From Coriobacteriia bacterium (GTDB lineage Bacteria > Actinomycetota > Coriobacteriia > WRKU01 > WQUG01), in assembly GCA_009784345.1 (NCBI GenBank), contig WRBW01000001.1, positions 32,971 to 96,970 of the forward strand: DNA of 64,000 nucleotides, read 5' to 3'. Shown one piece after another: positions 9,758 to 18,334 of the stretch (position 1 is its first letter; every line of letters starts with the position of its first letter). The translations under genes were made by a program, and so were the position numbers. A model generated the notes under the pieces. The model was not told the DNA's origin. It saw only the letters and a program-made list of their open reading frames with translations, and did not search any database.

Positions 9758-10576
9758 CTACTTCAGGGAGAGGAAGGCGGCGAGAGAGCCGCGGGGTAAA
9801 CCCGTTGCGCGGTGCGAAAAAAAGAGTTCAGGGTTGCAGGCCGTGCAGATGCCGGGTAGCTCGATGTTTTCCGCAGGAATACCTGCGCGTATGAGCGATT
9901 GACGGTTGATACCCTGCAGATCAATGAAGCTCTTTTCAATTTTCGTGGGGTGTTCTGCGATGAAGTCCTTTGACCAGGGAAGCTCTGACTTGAAGGCATC
10001 TGCGACATCAAAACTAACTTCAAAACATTCCTTGCAGATTGATGGGCCGATGCCCACCAGGACATCATGTGGGTCGCTGCCATAGTTTTCCACCAGCGAC
10101 TGAAGGGTTCGCGCGCCAATTTCACCTACGGTCCCCCGCCAGCCTGCGTGTGATAATCCAATGGCATGCATGACAGGGTCGACAAAGTAGAGCGGTACGC
10201 AGTCTGCATAGAAGGTCGCAAGCACCACATCTGGTTCATTCGTCACGAGGCCATCAATGCCCTTGTAGTCGCGCTGGCGCAGGGTGCCCTTGCCGCGATC
10301 TGCTGCCCCCACAGCTAGTACCTTGCACTGGTGGGTCTGTTGTGAGAAAACCATGCTCTCAAGCGGGAATCCCAAGGTGGAAAAGCGGCGAAAGTTTTCT
10401 TCGACGGCAGCTGGGTCGTCACCTAAGAGACCGCTTAAGTTCATGCTCGACCAGGGACCTGATGATACGCCACCAAGCCGGGTCGAGAAGGCGTGATGGA
10501 CGTGCTCCCCCGCTGTGCCTTGCGAGAGATTTTCAAAGCTGAAGTAGGTGATGCGATTGCGGGTGTTGCGAATCAT
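9758..10576 (-). CDS. pgeF: peptidoglycan editing factor PgeF / YfiH (DUF152 laccase-domain purine nucleoside phosphorylase family)
   Basis: Motifs HQCKVLAV, LVTNEPDVVLATFYADCVPLYF, GLSHAGWRGT, GPSICKECFEV. Start moved to the internal ATG (MIRNTR...) because the upstream ATG at 10630 lies inside a repeat element. Confidence 0.75.
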   Translation of the reverse strand: MIRNTRNRITYFSFENLSQGTAGEHVHHAFSTRLGGVSSGPWSSMNLSGLLGDDPAAVEENFRRFSTLGFPLESMVFSQQTHQCKVLAVGAADRGKGTLRQRDYKGIDGLVTNEPDVVLATFYADCVPLYFVDPVMHAIGLSHAGWRGTVGEIGARTLQSLVENYGSDPHDVLVGIGPSICKECFEVSFDVADAFKSELPWSKDFIAEHPTKIEKSFIDLQGINRQSLIRAGIPAENIELPGICTACNPELFFSHRATGLPRGSLAAFLSLK

Positions 10577-10605
10577 AGTTGCCTGGCTTTCTGGCGGAGC
10601 TGGAA

Positions 10606-10664
10606 GGTCAAGGGCGAGACCCCGCATCAAGTGCGGGGTGACAAGGTCAAGTGCGGGGTGACAA
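10606..10664 (+). repeat. intergenic palindromic repeat, copy 4 (full copy plus an extra right arm)
   Basis: GGTCAAGGGCGAGACCCCGCATCAAGTGCGGGGTGACAAGGTCAAGTGCGGGGTGACAAAA. Confidence 0.85.
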
Positions 10665-10671
10665 AAATGGC

Positions 10672-12015
10672 TCAGGGTAAGGGGGTACCTGACTGGTTAT
10701 CGATGATTTCGTCGAGGCGGGTGAGGGCGCGGTCCTCCCAGCCAATGCGGTCGGGCGTGTAAAAATCACCGCGAGCCAGACCTTCTGGCAGGTAATCCTG
10801 GTCGACCCAGTGATTGGGGTAGCTGTGCGGGTACAAGTAGGGCCCGTACTGGTCGCTGCCCGGGCGCGTGCGGTCGCGCAGGTAGGAGGGCACGGGTCGC
10901 GCCTTGCCTTCACGGACCTCTGCCAGAGCCTTGTCGATACCCACATAGGCCGCGTTGCTTTTGGGCGCAAGGGCTAGATAGACCGCCGCCTGTGCGAGGT
11001 TAATGCGACACTCAGGCATGCCAATGATTTCTGCTGCGCGAAAAGCCGCGTCTGCAATGAGCAGGGCCTGCGGGTCGGCATTTCCCACGTCTTCTGAAGC
11101 GAAAATCAGCATGCGCCGGGCGATGAATTTAGGGTCCTCGCCACCGTGAATCATGCGCGCCATCCAGTAAAGCGCCGCATCCGGGTCAGAGCCACGCATC
11201 GACTTGATAAAGGCGCTAATGACGTCGTAGTGCATGTCGCCGCCCTTGTCGTAGGGCAGCATGCGCGAAGGCATGACGTCTTGCACCAGCTGCAGCGTAA
11301 TGGTGCCGGGCTGGTCCGAGTGCGCAGCCAGTTGTGCGGCAAGTTCTAGTGAAGTCAGGGCTACACGGGCGTCCCCACCTGCGGTTATACTGAGTGCGTC
11401 CAGAGCATCTGAATCGACGGTAACAGCATGGTCGAGCCCGCGTGAGCTCGAAAGGGTGCGGTTTAGCAGCTCGCGGATATCGTCGTCAGACAGTGCCTGA
11501 AGCTCGAGAACACGCGAGCGGCTCACCAGAGGAGAGTTGACCTCAAAGTAGGGGTTTTCTGTGGTGGCGCCTATCAGGACGACGATGCGGTCTTCAACTG
11601 CATGCAGCAGGGCATCTTGCTGTGATTTCGAGAAGCGGTGGATTTCGTCAATGAAGAGTATCGTGCGCTGTTGCGAGATAGCAAGTCTGTTACTGGCTGC
11701 CTCGATGGCTGCGCGCAGGTCTTTAACGCTGCCCGTGACGGCAGAGACTTCTTCAAAGTAGGCTTCGGTGCGGTTGGCGATGATGCGCGCAAGCGTTGTC
11801 TTGCCCGTGCCGGCAGGTCCGAAGAGGATGAGCGAAGTCAGTGCGTCAGCCTCGATCATACGGCGCAAGTAGGAGTCGGGACCGACGATGTGTTGCTGAC
11901 CGACGAAATCATCCAGCGTGCGCGGCCGCATGCGCACAGCAAGGGGTGCGACGCGTGCGCGGCTTTCAGCCGCTTGCGTATCGAAGAGTGAGTCCATACA
12001 GGAATTGTAAAGCAA
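10672..12015 (-). CDS. rarA: replication-associated recombination protein A (AAA+ ATPase RarA/MgsA)
   Basis: Walker A LILFGPAGTGKTTLARIIAN; MgsA C-terminal region; 447 aa. Confidence 0.85.
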   Translation of the reverse strand: MLYNSCMDSLFDTQAAESRARVAPLAVRMRPRTLDDFVGQQHIVGPDSYLRRMIEADALTSLILFGPAGTGKTTLARIIANRTEAYFEEVSAVTGSVKDLRAAIEAASNRLAISQQRTILFIDEIHRFSKSQQDALLHAVEDRIVVLIGATTENPYFEVNSPLVSRSRVLELQALSDDDIRELLNRTLSSSRGLDHAVTVDSDALDALSITAGGDARVALTSLELAAQLAAHSDQPGTITLQLVQDVMPSRMLPYDKGGDMHYDVISAFIKSMRGSDPDAALYWMARMIHGGEDPKFIARRMLIFASEDVGNADPQALLIADAAFRAAEIIGMPECRINLAQAAVYLALAPKSNAAYVGIDKALAEVREGKARPVPSYLRDRTRPGSDQYGPYLYPHSYPNHWVDQDYLPEGLARGDFYTPDRIGWEDRALTRLDEIIDNQSGTPLP

Positions 12016-12022
12016 TGGCGGT

Positions 12023-12089
12023 TAAGGTCAAGTTCAAGGGCGAGACCCCAAGATCCTTCGACTACGCTCAGGAAGTGCGGGGTGACAAT
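12023..12089 (+). repeat. intergenic palindromic repeat, copy 5, with a ~24-bp mini-element inserted into the hairpin loop
   Basis: GGTCAAGTTCAAGGGCGAGACCCC[AAGATCCTTCGACTACGCTCAGGAA]GTGCGGGGTGACAA. The inserted module also occurs at 8946-9004. Confidence 0.75.
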
Positions 12090-13928
12090 CTAAGGTGACT
12101 CGTGGTAGGTTGGGGCGGCTTCGATACTACCATCCGCAAGCCCCACTTCAAGTTGTTCGCGCATTTTGTACTTCATGATTTTTCCGCTGGTGGTCAGAGG
12201 AAATTCGTCAACAAAGAGGACGTATTTTGGTGCTTTGAAGCGCGCCATCTGCTCATAGCAGGCCTCTTTGACATCGACCTCGTCGAGTTGCGCGCCCGGC
12301 TTCAAAATGATGAAAGCTGCGGGTAGCTCCCCATATTTGCCGTCAGGCGCTGCGACGACCTGAACGTCTTGAACTTCAGGAAGCGTATAGAGGAATTCTT
12401 CAATTTCACGCGGATAGATGTTTTCGCCCCCGCGGATAATCATGTCCTTGATGCGCCCGGTGACTCGGTAGTAGCCTTTGTCGTCAACGGTGCCCAGGTC
12501 ACCTGAATGCAGAAAGCCATCTGCATCTATCGCCTCGACCGTGGCTGCGGGCATCTTATAGTAGCCCTTCATGACCTGGTAGCCTCGACAACACAGTTCG
12601 CCTACCTGGTTTGGACCGCACTCCTCCCCCGTTTCGGGGTCAATGACCCGCACGTCAGCGTGTGGCATGGCCTTGCCGACCGTTTCGGCGCGCACCTCTG
12701 GCGGGTCGTCGGTGGTCGTCATCGTGAAGACGGGGCTGGTTTCGGTGAGCCCGTAGGCTATGGTGATTTCGCTGCAGTGCATGTCGGTCATGACCTGCTT
12801 CATGGTTTCGACGGGGCAGGGTGAGCCTGCCATGATGCCCGTGCGCAGGCTGGTCAGGTCGAATTTGGCAAAGTCTGGATGGTTCATGACGGCGATGAAC
12901 ATGGTTGGTACGCCGTAGAGGGCGGTTGCGCGCTCTTTTTCGATGGCTGAGAGGGTCAGGAAGGGGTTAAATTCTTCGAGCAGGACGTGGGTTGCGCCGT
13001 GGGTCAGTACGGCCATGACGCCCAAAACGCAGCCAAAGCAGTGGAAGAGCGGGACGGGTAGGCAGACGCGATCTGCAGTTGTTAATTGCTGACACTGGCC
13101 GATGTAGTAGCCGTTATTTAAGATATTGCGGTGCGAGAGCTGCACCCCTTTGGGAAAGCCAGTTGTGCCGCTGGTGTACTGCATCATGGCGACGTCATCT
13201 GGCTTGACGTCGTAGAAGGCGTCCATGACGGTGGCACCCGGGGTGTGCTGCCCGAGGATCAGCAGTTCTGGCATGCTGTAAAAGCCTTTGTGCTTTTCAG
13301 GACCCATGTATATCAGGTGCTTCAGATGGGGGAAGCGCTCTGATTTGAGAAAACCGCGCGGCATGGTTTGCGATTCCGGAACCAGATCGCGGATGGTCTT
13401 GACGTAGTCGACGTCACGGAAACTGTCGATGACGGCCAGTGCGTCGAGATCTGCCTGTTCTAGCACGTAGGCGAGCTCGTGAGCCTTGTAGGCGGAGTTC
13501 ATGGTGACCATGACGACACCGATTTTTGCTGCCGCAAACATGAAGGTTAGCCAATCAGGGACGTTGCGCGCCCATACGCCCAGGTGCATGCCACGTCGAA
13601 GCCCAATGGCAAGCATGCCTTTTGCTAGGGCGTTGACGCGATCGTCAAACTGCGCGTAGGACCAGCGCAGACCGCGGTCGGGCATGACCAGAAAGTCCTG
13701 GTCGGGGTTTTGGGCGACTTCCTTTTCGAGGAATTGACCAATCGTCAGGTCTGTGAAGGGGCCTGCGTAGCTGGCTTGTTGTTGGATGACTTCGGGGACC
13801 TCGTAGGCGTCGAGATTGTCCAGACCTGCGGCCTCAGAGGCGGCAAGGTGCAGAGCGACGTTTATGGGCAGGTCGGGGCGAAGCTCATAGGTCTTTGCCG
13901 TGGGATTCATATTGATGGGCGTGCTCAT
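12090..13928 (-). CDS. AMP-dependent acyl-CoA synthetase / fatty-acid--CoA ligase
   Basis: AMP-binding signature [20 protein letters not shown] plus motifs [14 protein letters not shown] and GDLG..D..GY; 612 aa. Confidence 0.8.
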   Translation of the reverse strand: MSTPINMNPTAKTYELRPDLPINVALHLAASEAAGLDNLDAYEVPEVIQQQASYAGPFTDLTIGQFLEKEVAQNPDQDFLVMPDRGLRWSYAQFDDRVNALAKGMLAIGLRRGMHLGVWARNVPDWLTFMFAAAKIGVVMVTMNSAYKAHELAYVLEQADLDALAVIDSFRDVDYVKTIRDLVPESQTMPRGFLKSERFPHLKHLIYMGPEKHKGFYSMPELLILGQHTPGATVMDAFYDVKPDDVAMMQYTSGTTGFPKGVQLSHRNILNNGYYIGQCQQLTTADRVCLPVPLFHCFGCVLGVMAVLTHGATHVLLEEFNPFLTLSAIEKERATALYGVPTMFIAVMNHPDFAKFDLTSLRTGIMAGSPCPVETMKQVMTDMHCSEITIAYGLTETSPVFTMTTTDDPPEVRAETVGKAMPHADVRVIDPETGEECGPNQVGELCCRGYQVMKGYYKMPAATVEAIDADGFLHSGDLGTVDDKGYYRVTGRIKDMIIRGGENIYPREIEEFLYTLPEVQDVQVVAAPDGKYGELPAAFIILKPGAQLDEVDVKEACYEQMARFKAPKYVLFVDEFPLTTSGKIMKYKMREQLEVGLADGSIEAAPTYHESP

Positions 13929-13944
13929 GGACGTGCTCCTCTGG

Positions 13945-14075
13945 TTGAGGTCAAGGGCGCGGGCGACCGGGGACGGTCGCCCCTACAAAGGTCAAGGGCT
14001 CAATTCCAAATCAAGTTTGGAATAACAAACAGGGTCAAGGGCGAGACCCCGCATCAAGTGCGGGGTGACAAGTGT
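13945..14075 (+). repeat. compound intergenic repeat, copy 6 (three hairpins, ending in the canonical element)
   Basis: GGGCGACCggggaCGGTCGCCC, then TTCCAAAtcaagTTTGGAA, then GGTCAAGGGCGAGACCCCGCATCAAGTGCGGGGTGACAA. Two of the stems share the loop ATCAAGT. Confidence 0.75.
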
Positions 14076-14678
14076 CTAGCTGGGGGTGTAGACGCAGGCG
14101 AGGATGCGAGAGCTGCCGTCACCGGCGCCGCGCACCTGATGGGGCACGACGGTGTCATAGTACAAACTGTCGCCAGGACCCAGGAGGTAGGTTTCGGTGC
14201 CGTATTCAATTTTTATCGCGCCGCTCATGCAGTAAATGAATTCTTCGCCTTCGTGGGTGTCGAGCTTGCGCGGGGTATTGGGCGCAATGTCGATGATAAA
14301 GGGGTCCATGTGGCGTGAAATCTTGCCTTCCGCCAAAGAAAAGAAATCCAAGGGCGCATCGCTGCTGCCCGTTTCCAGTGCGAGGGTGCGACTGCCAGGT
14401 TCGAGGTCTTTGGCGCGCGTCAAGGCGGGCCCCATCCCCTGGTCGTCGTCGAGCAGCGTTCCCAGGCGCATCCCCAGGGCGCGGGCGATGGTGATAAGCG
14501 GCGAGAGATTCGCGGCAGTATTTGACTGCTCGATCTGCGCTAAAGCTTCAACGGGCATTTGAGTGCGCTGCGACAGCTCATCAAGGCTAATGCCGTGAGT
14601 CTCGCGCAGGGACTTTATGCGGTCGCCGACGTGGCACTGAGACTGCTGCGCTTGCGGGGAGCTTTGGGAAGGCGTCAT
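14076..14678 (-). CDS. XRE-family HTH transcriptional regulator with C-terminal cupin domain
   Basis: HTH DRIKSLRETHGISLDELSQRTQMPVEALAQIE; cupin motif EFIYCMSGAIKIEYGTETYLLGPGDSLYYD. Confidence 0.75.
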   Translation of the reverse strand: MTPSQSSPQAQQSQCHVGDRIKSLRETHGISLDELSQRTQMPVEALAQIEQSNTAANLSPLITIARALGMRLGTLLDDDQGMGPALTRAKDLEPGSRTLALETGSSDAPLDFFSLAEGKISRHMDPFIIDIAPNTPRKLDTHEGEEFIYCMSGAIKIEYGTETYLLGPGDSLYYDTVVPHQVRGAGDGSSRILACVYTPS

Positions 14679-14836
14679 TTCTTTGATTCTCCTTTTTGCA
14701 GATAGACGGGAGGCAACGAAAGTCTAGGTTAGCACACTGGCGGAGTGCGTCCATGAAAAATGGACCGCAACAGCTTGTGCGTTGCGATCCACTCTTTTGA
14801 GTTCATTTGCCCTGCGCTGGCTTGCTGCAGGTGGTG

Positions 14837-17710
14837 CTAGCGGCTTTCCTTAATGGCTGCCTCAAGTGGTGCCAGTACTGAAGGTACCAAGCGCTCGTTG
14901 CCGTAGCTTGACCCGAGGTTCAGTTCTGCACGTGTCTGTGACGACAGGGCCGTAAAGAGTTGTGCGGCACTGAGGGCTGAAGGTGCGGGTGCGACGTCAC
15001 GACCCAGAGCTCTAGCCAAGTCTGGGTCAAGGTCACGAACAATATTATGACCGCTCATTGCCTCCACCATACTTGCTGGCGCCTTATGACAGGTCGTACA
15101 AGTGATCTCCTGACCCGCTGCCTTCGCCGCATTAATATGATTCAAAATGGGTGTTCGCAAACGATGATCTTGACCATCCGCGCGCGAGTGACATACGCCG
15201 CAGGCTGAAGGGTTTTCTGCGGTCATGTCAACGCTAGGGTTGCTGGTCTCGCGGATAGCTCCGCGTTGTACAGCATCCCAGTAGTCAGCATGTGCAGAGG
15301 CGAGATCCATGGACCCAAAGCCAAAACCTTCCCAGCGTTGTTCATCTGGGTTATAGGTTGGTGCGCCATGACATCCAGAACCAGAACAACCATTGTCCCT
15401 GCCGTCGGCAATAATGAGACCCGCGTCTACCGTATGCGCTTGAAGCATACGAGTTGGGCCACGGTGCACTTCTGCATCAGGGCCGCCGTGACAGGCCAGA
15501 CAACCAGAGGTCTCTGGGTCACAATCGCGCAGCTCTTCTTTCAGCTCTGGATGCGCCAGCCAGTTGATCTTGCCGCTGTCAGGTGCTGTCTCGAACTCGA
15601 CCCCGTGGCATTTCTGGCAGCCATAGTCGTAGTTAAAATCTGTAATGCCGCGTGAGGTCACAAAGGCGTGTTCCTTGCGCAGGCTTTCGGTAAAGTGGCA
15701 GGTAGCACAGGTCGATGCGTCATAGGTGATGGTATCGCCCGTGAAGACGTTTTCATCCAGGAGGCCTGTTTTGAACTCCCAGCTAAAGGGCGTCATTTCG
15801 ACATAGTCTTTCGAGCCCAGGAAGGCATCCAAAAAGCCGCTGACCGTAACGAAATGCCAGGTCATCTCTGTGCCCAGGTTCATGGGGATGGTCAAGACCG
15901 TATCGCCCTGTGACCACACAGCGTTGTCCCAATCAAGCGTCACATCAACCGTAACAGGGTCGCCGCCGCGGTTTGCTTCGCTATAACCAGTAAAGCTGAT
16001 TTCACCACGCACATCGACGCCTGTCTGCATGGGGCGGTCAAAGCGCACTACCAGGTCAACTGACAGGTCATCGCCCACCAGAACGTCCTCGGCGCCATGC
16101 TGTGGTGACACAGCATCAGGTGCCGGAGTCTTATCGTTATCAGAAGTGGCAGCTACTGAAGCTGTCACCATCCAGGGTAGCCAATTGTTGGTGCCGGCAC
16201 CCGGTGTCGCAGGATTGGGGGTAATAATACCCTTGCCCAGCTCGCCCTGGCGATTGTCACCCCAGGTCCACAGACGACCGTCACTATCTTTGGCAGCCGT
16301 ATGGGTGTAGCCTGCATCAACCTCTGTCCAAGCATCAACGCCGGCTGCGATGACCTGGACCGGTCTATTGCGCAAGTCGGTGTCGCCCAGACCGTGCTGA
16401 CCATAGCTGTTGGCACCCCACTTGAAGAGGCGTCCATCCGTGGTCAAAGCAGCAGAGTGGTTTCCATTAGCTGATACGGCAGCCCAAGTAGGCGTACCGG
16501 GCACATCTGTCACGCCAGGCACATTCGTGATGCGCACTAGAGAGCTTGTTCCAGTTGACATTGTCCCCTGCCCTAGTTGCCCAGAAGTATTGAGGCCCAC
16601 GCCATAAAGATTGCCAACCGCGTCAATGGCAAGGGTGTGATTCGCGCCAGCAGAAACGGCAACCCAGGATTGCGGCGGACCTGCAATACGCTCAGGAGTA
16701 CGATTGTTTGCGCCGTAATTCCCAATGCCCAGCTGGCCTGAACCATTGGCACCCCAGCCATACATAAAGCCATTGCTGTCGATTGCTACGGTGTGATTCA
16801 CACCGGCAGATACTGCTGTCCAGTAAGCGCCTGCACCCGTTGGGTTTGCTACACGCTGTGGCACATTGTACTGAGCCAGGGCAACGTTACCGAGTCCTAA
16901 TTTTCCTTCGATGCTGCCACCCCAAGACCAGAGGCGACCTTCGGTATCAAGGCCCAGGGCATGATTGCTGCCGCCAGCGACCGATGCCCACTCGACCGCA
17001 GGGGTTACCGCAGGTGCTGTTACCATCTGAGGTGTGCTGTTAACAGCCGACAGGCTGCCAGCTCCGAGTCCCAAACGGCCGTCCTGCCCATTACCCCAGG
17101 TCCACAGTTGCCCGTCCTGATCGATGGCCATCGCAAAACCGCCCGACTGTCCCATCTGGTACATGCCGTCTTGTGTCTGGCTAGCACCAGCAGAGGCACT
17201 GACATAGCGCCAAGCGCTAACCCCATCAGGGAAGGGTACCATCGTAGGCACATGGCGATAGTCAGTATCGCCCAGTCCCAGCTGACCATTGTCATTCAGA
17301 CCCCAGGACCACAGCGTTCCATCGCTGCGAATCGCCAAGGTGTACTCGAGTCCCGTTGCCGTCTGCAAGACATGATAGCGACCACCAAAGGGGTCATCTT
17401 CTACCGCTGCAAGCTCATCTTCAGTCATGACGACGCCGCCGTCACTGACAACATAGCCATCGGCGGTCAAAATATTTAACGTTACATCAGAAATCGAATG
17501 GTTCTCTGCAGGATTTGCAGCAGAGCTCACCACAGGGTTTCCGTAAGATAGTTCACTTGGTGAAGCGAAGGTAACATTTGTTACTGCTAGAAGAAACGTC
17601 AAGACCAGCGATGTCAACAAAAGAACTTTGTTTGTGTGCCCAGAACTCCGTTGGATGGACGTCATTTTCACTTTCTGTGGCGGTCGCACGTTCATAGTCT
17701 TAACCCTCAT
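14837..17710 (-). CDS. secreted RCC1-repeat beta-propeller protein with C-terminal multi-CXXCH (multiheme cytochrome c-like) domain
   Basis: Start chosen at MRVKT (RBS AAGAAGGAA); signal peptide ...LLLTSLVLTFLLAVTNVTFA. At least six RCC1 repeats (WSWGLNDNGQLGLGDT, WTWGNGQDGRLGLG, WSWGGSIEGKLGLG ...), an Ig-like linker, then CATCH, CQKCH, CLACH, CSGSGCH (CX4CH), CGVCH and CTTCH. Confidence 0.7.
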   Translation of the reverse strand: MRVKTMNVRPPQKVKMTSIQRSSGHTNKVLLLTSLVLTFLLAVTNVTFASPSELSYGNPVVSSAANPAENHSISDVTLNILTADGYVVSDGGVVMTEDELAAVEDDPFGGRYHVLQTATGLEYTLAIRSDGTLWSWGLNDNGQLGLGDTDYRHVPTMVPFPDGVSAWRYVSASAGASQTQDGMYQMGQSGGFAMAIDQDGQLWTWGNGQDGRLGLGAGSLSAVNSTPQMVTAPAVTPAVEWASVAGGSNHALGLDTEGRLWSWGGSIEGKLGLGNVALAQYNVPQRVANPTGAGAYWTAVSAGVNHTVAIDSNGFMYGWGANGSGQLGIGNYGANNRTPERIAGPPQSWVAVSAGANHTLAIDAVGNLYGVGLNTSGQLGQGTMSTGTSSLVRITNVPGVTDVPGTPTWAAVSANGNHSAALTTDGRLFKWGANSYGQHGLGDTDLRNRPVQVIAAGVDAWTEVDAGYTHTAAKDSDGRLWTWGDNRQGELGKGIITPNPATPGAGTNNWLPWMVTASVAATSDNDKTPAPDAVSPQHGAEDVLVGDDLSVDLVVRFDRPMQTGVDVRGEISFTGYSEANRGGDPVTVDVTLDWDNAVWSQGDTVLTIPMNLGTEMTWHFVTVSGFLDAFLGSKDYVEMTPFSWEFKTGLLDENVFTGDTITYDASTCATCHFTESLRKEHAFVTSRGITDFNYDYGCQKCHGVEFETAPDSGKINWLAHPELKEELRDCDPETSGCLACHGGPDAEVHRGPTRMLQAHTVDAGLIIADGRDNGCSGSGCHGAPTYNPDEQRWEGFGFGSMDLASAHADYWDAVQRGAIRETSNPSVDMTAENPSACGVCHSRADGQDHRLRTPILNHINAAKAAGQEITCTTCHKAPASMVEAMSGHNIVRDLDPDLARALGRDVAPAPSALSAAQLFTALSSQTRAELNLGSSYGNERLVPSVLAPLEAAIKESR

Positions 17711-17902
17711 AGCATCGTTCCTTCTTATGGCATACCGCCCCCCATTCGACGGAGCAGCATAGTTCATGTATTAATGGACGAATCATTACACAGTAAACGT
17801 AGTCCATTATGCCATGTATGCAGCGATAATTACTAGTCTAAGGGGGGTCGTGAGCACCACTTATTCACAAGTGATACATATGATTTGCCCATCACTCACA
17901 AC

Positions 17903-18334
17903 TTATGTGCTTAATATAAGCGCATTGAGCTCTTTTGCCGCCTTGTGGAGGAGTGCGTCCATCTCCTCAAGCGAGCTACCTCCATAGATACGCAGGCGAT
18001 AGGTACCGCGCGGGTCATCTTTCGGGATACCCGTTTGACCGCGGACAGTGCTTCGCTCAACACCACTCGCGACCAAAATTTCGACCGCAAGGTGCTCGAG
18101 CAGATGCACCGTCTGGGTCTGGCGCGCTTCGGTCCGAAAGCTACGATGGCGACCACTGTCGCAGCGGTGGATGCGCAGGCCTGGGTAAGCCTCAAAGAGG
18201 GGGCCGACATCGAGACCTGTTGTCATGACGGGTGTTCCGGGTTCCAGCGTCACATCAAAGCTCGCACACGACAGGTCCTGGTCGTAGGAAAGCGGAGTTA
18301 TGCGAAAAGGACTACGCGACATTTTCTGGGTCAA
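17903..18334 (-). CDS. hypothetical protein (143 aa)
   Basis: Coding-like composition on the minus strand (…HLLEHLAVEILVASG…SLEEMDALLHKAAKELNAL). A 135-aa ORF on the opposite strand (17945..18352) overlaps it completely; the true strand is unresolved. Confidence 0.35.
   Translation of the reverse strand: MTQKMSRSPFRITPLSYDQDLSCASFDVTLEPGTPVMTTGLDVGPLFEAYPGLRIHRCDSGRHRSFRTEARQTQTVHLLEHLAVEILVASGVERSTVRGQTGIPKDDPRGTYRLRIYGGSSLEEMDALLHKAAKELNALILST

Noticed and set aside
10577-10630. Upstream ATG at 10630 for pgeF
   Set aside because: That ATG lies inside intergenic repeat copy 4. The internal ATG gives a typical 272-aa YfiH-family protein.
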